From Cycas panzhihuaensis (lineage: Eukaryota; Plantae; Cycadophyta): a stretch of 64,000 bases of DNA. Numbering within the stretch: position 1 is the stretch's first letter; each line of letters starts with the position of its first letter. The notes under the pieces are model-generated. The model did no database searches and had not been told where the DNA came from. It saw only the letters and a list, made by a program, of their open reading frames with translations. This document shows, in pieces, positions 28,201 to 42,226 of the stretch. The DNA lies in the NCBI GenBank assembly GCA_023213395.1, contig CM041465.1:45763741-45827740 (forward strand), written 5' to 3'. The position numbers were made by a program, and so were the translations under genes.

Positions 28201-29031
28201 TAATTTTAAGTTGACATAATTTATAAATTCTAATTAGGCTAAATATGAAAATAGTAGAAGGTCAACTTCTAGATATTATTTTAGTTTGGGATTAACTACT
28301 ATTACATGGAGTAGTAAAAAGTAATCAAATATTACTTTATCCTTAACTAAAGTATAATATAAGGCTACAAATGCAACATATACTGAAGCCCTTTTATTAT
28401 GATAAATCCTAAAGGACATAGAACTGCCACAATTAGAACTAACTATCTTATATTGTGACAATCAAAGTACCTTGAAAATTCTAAAAAATCCTACGTACCA
28501 TACTCACACCAAATGTATTAAGGTACACCATTACTTTATTTAATAATTGATTAAAAAAGGTATAATAGAGATAGTGTATAAGCCAACAGAAGAATAATTA
28601 GCTAACATCTTCACCAAACCACTAGGACATAAAAGATTTTAGACTTTCAAGAATAATTTAGGTGTTAAAAAAATAAAATAAATATTAAGGGGGATTGTTG
28701 ATGTTAATGCTTATTTGTAGCTTGTAACTTATTTCATGAGCCTTCCTTTAATATTTTATATTATATTAGATTTTAGAATTATTTAATTGTTATGTGAATG
28801 ATGAGTCATCAAGGGTTATAACTCTCACATCACATGTGTCACATAGTTAGGGGTTAGATTCCTTTTAGAATTTGTATTTATGTACATGTTATGCACTATT
28901 GAATTTAATGAGAGATTATTTTACTTTTAGATTTTATCATTAATATGAATCCAATTTTAATATTAATTTAATAGTGAATCTTGTAAAATCAAGTCTCCAT
29001 TCTTGTTAGATATAATGTTTAATAGCTCACA
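22244..29031 (+). mobile_element. Full-length but old Ty1/Copia LTR retrotransposon
   Basis: Diverged LTRs at 22244-22580 and 28696-29031 (TG...CA), degenerate PBS TGGTATAAAAGC at 22581, PPT AAGGGGGA at ~28687, imperfect TSD AAAAG/GAAAG. Confidence 0.9.
24677..28690 (+). pseudogene. Copia gag-pol, riddled with stops
   Basis: Gag knuckle CYHYRKLGHIKKD; protease FIDLGTSKHITG; integrase YIPQQ..RMNRTL; RT MDMKSAF and LYISDLLI; RH YCDNQSTLK..KNP..ANIFTKPL. Confidence 0.88.
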
Positions 29032-29539
29032 GAAAGAGTATATGAATGATTTCTCTACTTAGGATTGGTATATCTATAATGATTTAATTAAGTATTAGTA
29101 CATCAAGCTAAGGCTTATAACATTCATACTTGTTTCTTTCTTTGGTTTATTTGATAGACTATTGGCTAATAAATTCAATAATGAGTTGGTGCTTTTTATA
29201 TGAAGTATCATTCCTATCTTCATAACCCATATAATACTATTTTGCCAGTACATCCCATAGATAGCGAGTAGTATTATTTACATTTTTTTTTTACTTTCTT
29301 CTCTATGCATTATTCCATTAGTAAGATTTGTTTAGATATTAGATTAGGAGTTACAAGCTTAGGTGTTACTTTTTACATATAGTAATCCTTATTTTGTTTT
29401 ATCACAATCTTTATTCTTTAATTATTTATAAAGGGAAATTACCCTTTAAAGTTAAAGAAGTTATTGGAAAATTATTCCAAGACTTCTTATTGTTTTGGTG
29501 AATTTGTTTACCTTTGTGAGACTAATTATATGAAGGTAA

Positions 29540-30580
29540 TAAATTTCTTAATAATAGACTTCATTACAAAGTTGCCCAAGACAAAAGGGAAGGATATCAT
29601 ATTTATAATCATGGATCATTTCACAAGGTATGGCCACTTTATTCTTATGCACTAGACCTATAATGCCCTACAAGTACCTAAAATATTTATTAAGAATATT
29701 TACAAATTACATAGGCTTCCTAAGAAGGTCATCTTCAATAAAGACCCCAATTTCACTAGTAATTTTTAGAAAGAAGTTTTTAGACTAGTAAGAACAAAAC
29801 TCACTATAAGCACAACATACCACATTTTAAAAAATAGGTAAATAAAAATAGTTAATAAATATTTAGAAGTATACTTGCATTGTTTTGTAAGGGATAATAA
29901 AATTAAATAAGTGAAATGGACTTTTGTAACTCAATATTAGTATAATGCAAATTAACACTTGATATTTTAGATAACCCCCCTTTATAGCACTATATAGGCA
30001 TTAGGCTCTAATAACAATTACTTACTTATAATTAGTTACATGTGTTCTAGAAGCCTAAGAAATGATTTAATAAGCTAAATAAATACTCAACGAGCTAAAA
30101 AAATAGCTATGATAATGTAAGGAATGGAATGAAATAATAAGCAAATTGGCACTAAATAGAAAGAGAATTTATGATTGGAAATTGGGTATATGTATGCTTG
30201 TAATTTTATAAACAAGCATAACTCAAAGGTGTGCCTCAATTCTACGAGTCATTCTAGATATGAAAATGGATAGACAAGGTTGTGTATGCACTTGACTTAC
30301 CTTCCCATAATCAAATCCATGATGTATTTTGTTTTTCAAATCTAAAGAAGAAAGTAAGCCCCAACATTAGCCCTTCAAAAGAATTATTAGTCAAGTAGTC
30401 TTGGCACCATAGTGCATCCTTGAGTCCCAACAAAAAAAAACATCAATTTATAATTAGAACAAAATATCTCATCAAATTAAAAGGTTTACTACTCAAAGAT
30501 GTAATATGGGATTCATAGGAGTCCATTGGCAACTATTATGAGATTTGTGGACAAAACTTCTTCATTAATAAGGGAGGGCA
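29540..30580 (+). mobile_element. Decayed chromovirus (Reina-like) integrase-chromodomain fragment
   Basis: IDFITKLPKTKGKDIIFIIMDHFTRYGHF; IHDVF; chromodomain-like KYLIKLKG..DVIWD; purine tract AAGGGAGGG at ~30569. Confidence 0.75.
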
Positions 30581-33500
30581 CATTGCAACCCTATAACCAA
30601 AAGAAACTAACACAACATAAAATAATTATTAAAGGGGTGGCAGTTTGTGACAATGGCTATCTATCATCATCTCATCTTGGATTATTTTTTATAATTTATA
30701 CCCTTCTTAAGGTGGAGGGCATTGTACTTTAAATTTTCATATTAATTTATCTAATCTTTGTTCATTTCCATTAATTGTTGGGTTTTACTTTAATTCATGC
30801 TTACCATAGATTTAGTGCATAGGGTAGTCCTTTAACCATAACCATCACCATTGTGATACTAACTAGCATTATTCATGAATAAGATAATATGTTATAAAGT
30901 GTAATTAGAAGGCTTTGGAATAAATTTTAGGGAAATCAATTTTTTATTATTTTGAAGGGGGTCAATGACCATTGGTTACTAAGTATATACCAAATAATAC
31001 TCAATCAAAGCATCTTCTTCATCATAATTATATTTCACACTTAGGTTTAAAAAAGTCTCCATGGGTGAGGTTGTGAATGTGTTGTAGCTAGCTTATTTAT
31101 CACATATTAATACCATGGCATTAGTGAGATTGTGAGATATGTAAACAAGTTGTAAATTACATATTTAAGTGTATATCTTGTCAAACAAAATAGATATTCA
31201 TTTTTACTAGATCTGGTAATAAAGGAGGGAAAAAAGAGTCAAAAGAAAAATTACAAAATGGAAATTTAATGGTAAATGATGGAACAAAAATGTCCTTGGA
31301 CCATATAGTTATTCATGGTTTTGATTTTGATTCATAAGTATATAAAATTTGAGTAATTAAATTTATCAATTGGAGTCATGTATTAAAGGAAGTCAAAAAA
31401 TTGTATGTGTAGAATGTTACTCACAAACAACATTCATGCAAATGCAACTACATAAGTCAAGAAAAAATTAAATATATATTAAAGCCATTATGGAGGTGAA
31501 TTCATTATAATATAGTTGCTATTGTTCATAGGTATTTAGCATCTTCCATTCACATCTTACTATGTTAGTTTGATTAACAATAACCTTAGTAACAAATTGC
31601 GATCTCTATATATATCGATTATGGATTATTGCATGCATAACCATTATTGAATGCCCATTTAGGTGACATCCAACTCTACCTTTTCCGTGAAGCGTAAGCT
31701 TACTTCTATTGTAACTTTCACATGCATGGATCAATATAATTTACCTTGTCTTTAATTATATTTTGAGTGACTAATCATAAACACTGAAAAGGTGGTTCCA
31801 TATTGTTACTTATTAATGCCAACATTGTGGTTGGATTTTAGTACGATTAGGGATTTGTTGATTTTAAATATGGAGGGAAGATTATTGATTGGCACTTTCT
31901 ACGTAAAAACCATATGCAAATAGATATCTCAATAGTCAGTGGAACCTATAACTCATCACTCTTACTAATGCTTTATCAGAAAGGCATTTAGTTTGGGGTG
32001 GTAAAGTAGCAAGTGGGATTTTCCATTCTTGGTTACATTTGTAGTATTTTGGAATATTCTACCAATCTATGCAAAGTATTATTTATTTATAAGTGGGATT
32101 ATAATTAATTGATAATGCCAAGTATATTAGTTTTTTACACCCAATATTAACTTGAATTATATAAGGGAAAATTGTATCCCATGGATAAGGAGATAACTAA
32201 GGGTCATTTATTGGTATATTATTACAATAAGTGATTCCATGACAAAGAGGGTCAAGAATTAAAGAAGGATAATGAGTTAAAAAATGATGGCAAGTAAGAA
32301 TCACAAAATTCAAGAGTTCATTCCTATGGCTTAGCCCTCATACAAGTAATAATCATACTACGATCAAAATATGCTAAAGAAACACATAAAACACAAATAC
32401 AAAACATATAAGAATAAGATGCTAGAAAGGAAGAGCCCACTTGTGAGCAATCCAAAGAAGAATCCATTGATGTATAGGGATCAAGCTAAGAAGAATTAGC
32501 ATTGAAATAGTAGGAAGAAGAATCAACCACAAAATCAGAGCAACACATTAACTCCAATGAGGTAAGTGCTATGAGTTCAAATCCTATTATGCATTCTTCT
32601 ATTTCCTTTGGTAGTTACATAGTTCCTCTTGAAGTTTTATATCATGTCTCTAGAAAATCCCACATCCCTCTCTCACCAACAGCACATGATTTATCTAATT
32701 CCTAAACCTCTTAATCCCAACCTTCTCATAAGTGAAATATTGATCCTCTTAAGACCACCCAGTTATCGTCCTCTTATCACCATGATTTATCCCTTAGGAA
32801 GTCTCTAAAAGAAAAAGTAAATCATCATTATTATTATCATATCACCCCTCATTCTCTTACTAAAAGCCCACTTTTCTTATACCTTAGCTCAATTATTTTA
32901 TGTTTTGCTTTTCACTATAAAGACTCACATTTTTTCCCTCCACCTCTCAAATCATTTATAAGCAATTCATATCCTCCATCACACCTCTCAATCATTCCTA
33001 TGCATTGCCTTATATACCTTTCCCATATGTCTTTTCCAAAACCCTTTCCCATGGGGAATACTTTGCTCAAATACCTTATTCATCCCTTATGAACCCCCTT
33101 TTCCCTTTGCTTGCCCATAGATCCCATCTCACTTACCCTTCATTAATAACACCATTACTTTTAATTCCCACATACCTTTTAGTTTGTATTTCTTCTTTAT
33201 CCATATAAGTTACTCATCAATCCCTTCATTTTACATCTCTTATCCTCTTATCAATCCTTTGTATATGCCTCTTCGTAGTTTACTTCCCAACACAACTCAT
33301 CATTATCCTATATTTCTCTTACTTCTCACATCCCTCTCTCTTACTTATATAGAATAGTTAGTGCTCTCCCTATGTCTTACTTGCCATTTCCTTGTAAATA
33401 CTCCACCTACATCATCCATTAGCCTCATCCTTAACACATATCATTTTTACCTATTATTACTTTTATTTTCACACCCTACGGATTTCCCTCATACACTCAT

Positions 33501-34837
33501 ATTCCCTTATCTTATTCATAATATGAATCTCTCATTTCACTCTTCAATCTCTTACATACTTCATATCTATAATGGACATCTATCATATTCCCTAAGCCTT
33601 ATATCTCACCCTTTTCCTACAATCCCTCCATGTCCCTTATGGCTTGAACCATGACCAAAGCTATATTTCCATCTTTACCTTATTACTCTTTAATTTTTAA
33701 TTTCCCCATATTATTTACCTCTAAATCCCTTCCCTGAGTTATAACTTTCCTTATCATTTCCTTATCTCTCTTTGAACCCTCATGACCCATCTCCACATGT
33801 GATGCACTCCTCTCTAATGTTTCCCTCTTGACCTCTTATCTATAAAAGGTCTTACCATCCTAACTAAACGAAACTCCACTTGCTATCCTTCTATTACGGT
33901 GATCCCCATCTATAGGACTCATACCTACGAGGCACTAAGGATACCTTCTATTCCTTGGCTTTTGTTCATATTAACCTCTTTTTCCCACTTCAAACTCATT
34001 CTCTTCTTCAACTCCCTATGGATGCAATATTGAAATATGATATAGGGCCTATAATAAGGTAAGCTTATAACACATAAATTTCATAATCTTTCCTATGTAA
34101 AATATTATATAAAGGTGCTCTCTAAGATAGGGGATATTTATAAGTAGGAAAAAGATAGATATCTATTACTTCAAGAAGATGATATAATGGCAACTTAAGT
34201 TTCTATGATATCTTAGCCTTAATAGGTAGTAGATTGAATATGCATATAGTCTCTTCCACGCACATGGGTGAAGCATTTCAAGGAGGGGAGGATCAAGGGA
34301 TACAAGCATTTCAAAGGTCACCATTATTATAAGTGTGGAAAAAATGAAATACTTTGAAAGTGAAGTATCTTAAGAAGGGGGGAATTATAATGAGCTCAAT
34401 ATTTAAATATAATAGTTAAAGTTGACTACAATAAAGGCCCTATTATTAAGACGATAAATATGGGAGCCCACGATACATAAATTATTATTATTTTAATTTT
34501 TTATAATAATGGGTTAATTTAATTCTTAGGCACTTCGATGCTAGCCATCTGCCTTTATTATTAATTTGAATGCTATTATTTTATTTAGTATCTAATAATT
34601 CATTACTCTATCTACTATTCATATTATTATTGTTATTTATTGGAAATTTTTCTAATATTTACATTCAATAATACTCGATGATAGTAAATGTTAATACTTA
34701 AAATGGGTAACAGACTTGCAATAATTTAATCTTATTATCAAATGAAAGAAAACTCAAATAAAATTATTGATTTTTTATTAAGACACCTATAAGTGACTTT
34801 AAGTTTAATTGTTAGTTTAGATTATTTTAGTTCTAAA

Positions 34838-35103
34838 GAATTCAAAAATCTTTATGCTAATGACAAGGACTTTGGAGCAATCTTTACAACATTGAAGAAT
34901 CAACTAATGACTATAATTAAATAGTAAAAAGATTACTATCTTGTTAATAGATTGTTCTACAAATTGCAATCCCTTTATATACCATAATTTGGGTATCATA
35001 ATAATTTAACCTAAGTTGCAACTCATTTTAAAGTAGTTAGGCACATCTAAGTGGAAAAGACAATTGCTAATTTATAGAGGTACTTCTATTAGTCAAAGAT
35101 CTC
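34838..35103 (+). mobile_element. Gypsy integrase N-terminal fragment
   Basis: FKNLYANDKDFGAIF...LYIP...THFKVVRHI*VEKTIANL*RYFY resembles the RH-INT linker and zinc-finger region of chromoviruses. Confidence 0.55.
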
Positions 35104-38100
35104 TAGGGGGAAGAAAGGCTTTCTCAAAATTTATACGGGAATGATGAGGGTCATCATTTTATAAGAGGGAGAAGGTTTGAATTGGATCTAGAATAAAGGC
35201 TAGGAAGAATTTAGAGAGTAAGCGTTAGTTTATATATTAAAAAAATCATAAACAAAAAATACACCAAACAAAAATAGAAGATAAAATGTACCCTAAATTT
35301 TAGGGCCTATAAATTTCAAACAACAAAAAATTTAAAGTAGATATCTGAAGGAAATTTATATCTCTTGAAGAGTGGATGTGCTTAAAGTTTATGATCATTA
35401 AAAAAAGGCACTTCTAGAGGGAGTTATGCCCTTTATAATTGGACTTAATTTTTATAGTTTCAAGAACATTGCATCATTTTGAGTAGAGTTTGGTAACATA
35501 TCCTTTTCATTATTTTATAGTTTATGTGGTGGCCTATACCTACCCAATCTCATCTTTAAAAATCAAGGATAATGGTAGCAATCACTTAGAGAAATTTATG
35601 ATTGAGTTAATGACTCTAATAAGGGCAAAATATGTGTGATTTTGGGAGAATAAGGGAGAGGGCTCAAGGGTATTCTAAGTTTTTTATGTGAAAAAAAAGC
35701 TTGAAGCTCTTTATCCTCTTAGGCTCTAGTGTTCTATTATAGGCATGGGCTATACATTCCAATAGTCTTTTTCTTATTTCTTTTGAATACAATAAAATAA
35801 TCTAGAACTAGGATTTAGTTTTTTAACACATTGTAGGTGCATAATTTATTCTAGCATTAGAAAACTCATACATAATTAAGTTAATATTTTATTTGGTGTT
35901 ATAGCTTATTTTGGACCACCTAATGGGCTTCATGTATTTCTATGTATGAATAGTTATGACCCACTTTATCTTTTTTTATTCTCGCCATTCATGTTGTTCA
36001 TGTTATGACCTCCACTTTTTTAGTAATTGTGATGCTTATGTATATTGATGTAATTACTCGTGAGATATCAAAACAAATACACAATACATAACATCCACAC
36101 AAATATCCAATAAACTTTGCAACTAGGATCTTTAAACAACTAAGAGGGCGTAACCTCTTTTTATTATATAACAAAGATTTTATATACAAAGATACATTTA
36201 TATGTTTATATTTACATTAACCCATAGGAACATATAAGTGATTATAGGTCTTTATAATAATATATAAAAGAATTAGTTACAATCATGCATTTAATTGTCT
36301 TACTCATACATTCCATTATCAACTGCCTCACATGCCTTCACTGTCATAGTCACTCACTTATTGTGCCTCCTTGGGCATTTGCATGATAATATTAACTTAG
36401 TATTGCTCTGTTGAGTTCTACGATCAAATAATTTTATGTCTATTAATGCTTTTATACCTTTGACAATTTCTTTTCCTCTTTAATCACTTATACATTACCT
36501 CTATTGACACTTCTATATTTCTTCTTCTTCTTAATTATCCACTCTAATATATGGCAAAAGACCCTTACTTCCTTGCTTAACATCCTTCACTTTAATCCTT
36601 AGGTCAAAAGCCAAACTTCAACAACTCCTTACTCACCTAGTCAGTAGCTTTTAACGAATAATCCAACTAGCCCTTTACCTGAGTAAGCTCTTATGTATGT
36701 ATTAGTCACCTGTAAATGACCATCCTATTAATTACTTCAATGTGGCTTTATTTGAATTCACCTAACTATTGATTTTACATTAACTCCTCTACTAGTCCTC
36801 TTCTAATAGTGCAAAGTAGTTGCTTCTATATTAATTATCTGCATCTTTAAATTTGATTGTCTGCATGAATTCTTGAATTCTTGTGCTTCTTTATTTATCC
36901 ATTTCATGAGTCCCTACTCTCAAGAGTTATCACCACATGTCAATCACTTGTGGGTTTTGCATTTTATTTGCTTACTATGCCACTTCACTTCTTCCTTCTT
37001 CTCACATACTGTCTCCTATAAATATTATGCCCTCGAGTTCCTCTAATACTTGCTACATATCTTTAGACCTAATAATTATCACTCCATCACAGCCTCTTCA
37101 CTCATAAATTTTTCCTTGTCTAACTTCTTTACTATATTAAACTCTTCCTTGAGAATCTGATGCGAAGCTACCACATGTCCTTATAACTAACGATTATCGA
37201 TTACTTGTAATTCACTTGCTTGTATCCCTTCACCAACTCCAATCCTTCTCACTTATGCCTAATAGTAAATATCACTTTATGTGATGCTCCCTATCATCAC
37301 CATATATCCCGTGATGTACAATCACGATCTACTCATGACTTACTTCCTTTGCACCTCTTTGTGAGGGCACTGCTCATGAATTATTTATGATCTTTGCAAC
37401 ATACCCATGAATTGCTAACCATGATCTCATCACATCTCATTTGACTTACAAATCTTCCAATTGCAGGACCTTCACTCACTAACTCAATCTTTCTTACTTG
37501 CCTCTCATAATAAGTGTACCACTTGTGATGCTTCTTAATTACTACTATATGCTTACTGATCCATAGTCATTGTCCCTTCACATCTACATCCACTCATGGA
37601 TCATCCACTTGCATAAAACCCATTCATACTTAACTCCAAAACTGTCTTGTAACTTACTAATTATAAGGTCTTTATTCCTTGATCTCTTCAACTTCAAAAC
37701 CTACTACATATTTTCTCTAAAATCTTGCAATCACAAGGATACTCCTACATCATATATAGATTGATCTTTGGTGCGAGGGAGTATACCTACATTGATTATC
37801 TAGTCTTGCCCCTCTAATGGTTGAGTTATAGTCCTAGTTTCTTTTATATCAACTTTAGCTAGCTTATTATTTTGCATACCCTTAGTTGATTAGTGTGACT
37901 CTTATCTTCAACTTTCTTGTTTATTATATCTAGTTTAATTAATTCTTATCAGTCTTTTCTTAAGGATATTTTTGGTTGATCTAGTCTCTCTTTATCATGG
38001 TCCATATTATTATCTTTAATAACAATGCATATTAAGCTATATGGGATGCTCTTTCTAGTATTTCAAGGATTTACTCAACTATCTATGAGTCAAATTTTGT

Positions 38101-39229
38101 GTGTTGTTTAGTTATTCTAATAGTTATGAATTTGTTGATTCTTATAAGGGTTTACTTTGAGTAAGCCAAAGGTAAGACATTAATGCTCTTCTAGTTGTAA
38201 AAAGTCTTAAGAGATTTAAATAAGTTGAAATTTATTCTAAGGTAATAAAAAGTTAAGAATATTTTTAGTTTTTAAAAGGATCATTATGATTTGAAGAGAA
38301 TATTCTAAATGAAATAGAAGAATATCTTTAGTGTTTCCTAAGTTGACTTTAGAATAAAGAAATAAATTTATATTATATATGTATATGCATAACCATGGCT
38401 TGCTTTATGGACTTTATACATTTTTATAATCTTCTATTTACTTTAGAATTTTGATCACTTGGGTGCTTATCTTTTAGTTATTTTGTGCTAAAAGTTTGCT
38501 ATAAATGGAGAAGTGGATTATAGGTTTACAAGTTTTAAAAAAAGTACTATTGCAAGATTTTATTGCTTCATTTCAACTCTTTGGTCTATTGTTTCTCATG
38601 AAATTTTGTTAAGGGGGATGCCTAACAATTATGAATCGTGTCCTAAAATTTTATAGTGAATGGATCATTAGTTTGGGGGCAACAAATGACTAACATGACG
38701 CGTGTTAAGAAGGATCTAATTGTTACATTGTTGAGTGCTATAATATTGTATAGGCTTTATAGGCTGTGGGTTACTTTAGAAATTTGTTCAATTGGGTGCC
38801 CTTAAATCAAGAATCTTGTGCTAAATTTTTATTGTCATTCGATTAGGGGTTTGAGTGTAGCGAGTAATTGACTGGATATAGGTTACAAGACTTTGATACC
38901 ACTTATGGCATCTCTAATAGATCTTATAGAATGTAGAAGGGTTAGAGATCCTATTCATGAGAATAATGGTTGGAGAGAACCTAGCTTAAAAGAATTCAAT
39001 CTTCACAAGAAAAAAAGAATATCAAAAGCTAATTCCCTCCTCCTCATGTATTTCTTTCCATGGGCTTATGTGGATTTCCCATATCTTATTATTAATTAAT
39101 TCTTTGACCTATGACTTCCGTCACAACGATTATCCTTCACCTTCAATATAAATGGTAAAGAGTGTATGTTGTGGATGATATATGTAGCTTATTACGGCTA
39201 AGTGTGTCACTTGTAAGAAATGAACAAAC

Positions 39230-40600
39230 CCCACTAAGCCCGCCTCGTTTACGTCAACATCTGGTTGGATCTTATCGATGAAATTGAGATGAGGTTATCC
39301 AAACTTGTGTGGTTTATCATTTATTACACACTAAATGAAAATAGTGTTACTGGTAAACTACTTTTGCCGATAAAAAAAAGTGAGAGAATTACACTTGGAC
39401 ATTCCTTGAATGTAGGTGTTCCGCACAAAGGATGAGATTGGAGGTTGTGCCTCGAGGCCTATACCTCCACCGTGGGAGTCGCTGAGCCCATTCCTCGCGA
39501 TGATAAAATAACGCATTAACTTTATGCGAAACACTTCGCGTGCATCGAGTCGTTACGAATTCAATTTATTCACAACGTGGAACCATGAACAACTAATTCA
39601 CTTGTTTTATTTTTATTCAATTCAATGCCCATTATTACTACTCACGCTTTCTTACCCGTCTCATCAGCATCAAAAGTAGTACATCATAATTTGCTCGAAT
39701 GCGATGAACGGGAAAATTGCGCGTTCTCAAGCGCCCACGAGGTCCTTGTTGGGTTTCCCGATATTTCGCTGCGGTACCATGGCCTGACCTCGGATTAGCT
39801 AAGTTGAATTATCGTTACTGCTGGGGCACCTGGAGTATCCCAAATTAACGAGTGCGTTTCAAATTAAGTCGAAACGAATTGTTTGAGAAGGGGAAAATGT
39901 TCCACAAAATCACCTACTCCTGCCGCTTTTTCAAACGGTAGAATAAAATATTAAATAGCCGTTGGCCTATTCTCGGGTCTCCCATGACCTACTATCCCCA
40001 TCCCACGTGTACGACCTGCTTGCCACGTCACCATCAGGAGTGCATTAACCGGCTCAGAATCCAGAAACACGTCCTACATAATTCCAAATACGTGATAACT
40101 AACGTTACGCAGTAAATGTAGCATTGTCGCTTAAAGTTTTAGAGTATGTTCGGACACAGCTGGCATTCTTGACCGAGAGCCGTTAGGGTTGGGATTTGGT
40201 TACGTCAAAACGGAATCCGTTGCCGGATCTACAGCCGCGTTCAGACCTTAAGCAGAATATTTTTTAAAACGTACGTGGAAAATCGAACAGTCTGACACAT
40301 TTCTAAACGTCGGCTATGAAGATTCTGCTAACCTCCAGCTGTCGTGGAATTGGAGGAGGAGGAGGTGACGTCGACTAAGATTTCGTTTTGTGCGATGGAT
40401 TTCGACGTTGCGCGAACAATAGCCATGTGCCAGACAAGTCACGACGCATGTTTGCCCATTGTCGTCGCATGCTACCATGCATCCACGCATGCCCATAACG
40501 CGACGCCATTGGAATGGCGTCATCCTATCTGGTAACTGTTCTTGTTCTTAAACCCCTCTTACATGGGCTCAAATAATATTTTAGGTACGTCTGCGCTTTT
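39230..40600. promoter_or_regulatory. CpG-preserved non-coding island, candidate distal regulatory region of BTS
   Basis: Abrupt abundance of CG dinucleotides against CG-poor flanks. G-box CACGTG at 40004, GCCACGTCA at 40022, further ACGT cores, and a CATGC cluster at 40446-40492. No credible ORF. Confidence 0.55.
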
Positions 40601-40697
40601 CTAATTTGCTCTAAATTTTCGTAGTTCTTAATGGTTGGCAGCCCTACCGTCCATGAGAGATATGGTGTGGTCAAATGGAGAGATATTCTTTCACCCA

Positions 40698-40851
40698 CTA
40701 TGGATTTAGTTAGCCACATTTAGTTTCATAAAGAGGCGAAGCATTGATCTCCTATTAATTTAGTTCCACTAGTTCTATGGATTTAGTTAGCCACATTTAG
40801 TTTCATAAAGAGGCGAAGCATTGATCTCCTATTAATTTAGTTCCACTAGTT
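40698..40851 (+). repeat. Perfect 77-bp tandem duplication
   Basis: 40698-40774 is identical to 40775-40851 (CTATGGATTTAG...CCACTAGTT). Confidence 0.95.
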
Positions 40852-42140
40852 CTAAGAGGGCAATTTAAACTTGACGTCTAAGGTTAAGGTTGTAAAAGTG
40901 GTTTTTTTGGACAATTAAATTTTATAGAGTAGCTCCATAGACAAGTTTGGGCTCTTTGTCTTGGAAAATGCAATCTCATGTAAATAAAATGAAATTGCTA
41001 ATAAGATAATTTTGAACCTCTTCCATAGGACTAGCAATGACACTATTTAACCAAATGATTTATGATAGTTGCCAAGAGGTGTTGGTTGGCTTAAGCAACA
41101 ACCACTTGGAGGATCACATGGCATCAACACATGCTAAGAACACATGGCATCAGTAGGGGAATCAACACTCTCAATTTCTTACTTAATTCATTTTGGCAAA
41201 TTTCCCAAAAGATTTTATTCCATTTTTTTTAGATATGTTTTGGTTGTTTTTGTTTTATACTTATATTTTGCAAGCTTGTTGAGAGAAATGCAAAGAAAAA
41301 TAAGGAAATCTATGGGATTGCATTTCCCCCTTAGTGACCTAACAACTTTTGAAAAGCCTCTACAACCACTACTTAGACTTTCTCAAACCTCCCCTCCATA
41401 AGACCACAACATTAGGTTTGTAACAATGGGTTTACTAAGAGGGCAATATAATGATTCATGGTAAGATTATGCCTAATGCATTTTGATGGGCTTTATCTTT
41501 CATTAAAAGGCAAATTGAGTCATTCCCCTCAAAAGGCAATATATGTGAGAGTGGGTTCATTATAAGGCAAAGTGGGGCATTACTAAGATCAATCATGGAT
41601 TCGATAAGGATAAGATGATTGAGATATTTCAGCTTATGTTAAAAATAAATCACCAATGAGGTTGGATGTACCCACTATTATTTTGTAAAGTGGTAGGAAC
41701 AAGAGCTACCCTCAAATGCAAAAGGCTCTTTAACACCTAAGCTTCAATGTATATCATGGCAAACAAGGCGCACTTAGAAAAGATTATTTTTTAAATAAAT
41801 GGAGGAGATTATGGACATTAGAAATTTATTCTAAGCAACTCAATTTGTTTGACATGCATAGTTACAAAATTATCAATGATTTTTTTGTTTGATGGATACA
41901 AAGTGACCCTAATAATCTTTCCTAAAAGGAAAAAAAAAATGTTTATATAACATTTTATAATATATCAACATAACTTATTATGATCATTAATGTTATTGCA
42001 AGTGCAAGAACTAACTTGTAGTACCCATTTAGGAAACTAAGGTTCCAATCCAAGAATTAAATTTAACTACACAACTATTTTCATATGCAAATGACTTTTA
42101 TTTTAATGGAAGAATAAGATGGGAGGGGATTAACTTGGAG

Positions 42141-42226
42141 GTCCTATGGAGGGGGGCTTTAGCAAAAGGGAAATGGAGTCCCATAAAATTCCCCATTTCC
42201 CTTTGCTGCTCCCTTCCCTTTAGGAC
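42141..42226. repeat. Imperfect 86-nt inverted repeat (hairpin)
   Basis: GTCCTA..GGAGGGGGGC..AGCAAAAGGGAAATGG pairs with CCATTTCCCTTTGCT..GCTCCCTTCC..TAGGAC. Confidence 0.7.

Noticed and set aside
33005-33654. Hydrophobic, His/Pro-rich ORFs
   Set aside because: Non-ATG starts in pyrimidine-skewed repeat DNA; artefacts of composition.
40314-40535. Overlapping 63-69 aa ORFs in the CpG island, checked as possible IRON MAN/FEP peptides or metallothionein
   Set aside because: Non-ATG or weak starts, no D-rich stretch with a terminal APAA, and no regular Cys pattern; explained by higher GC content.
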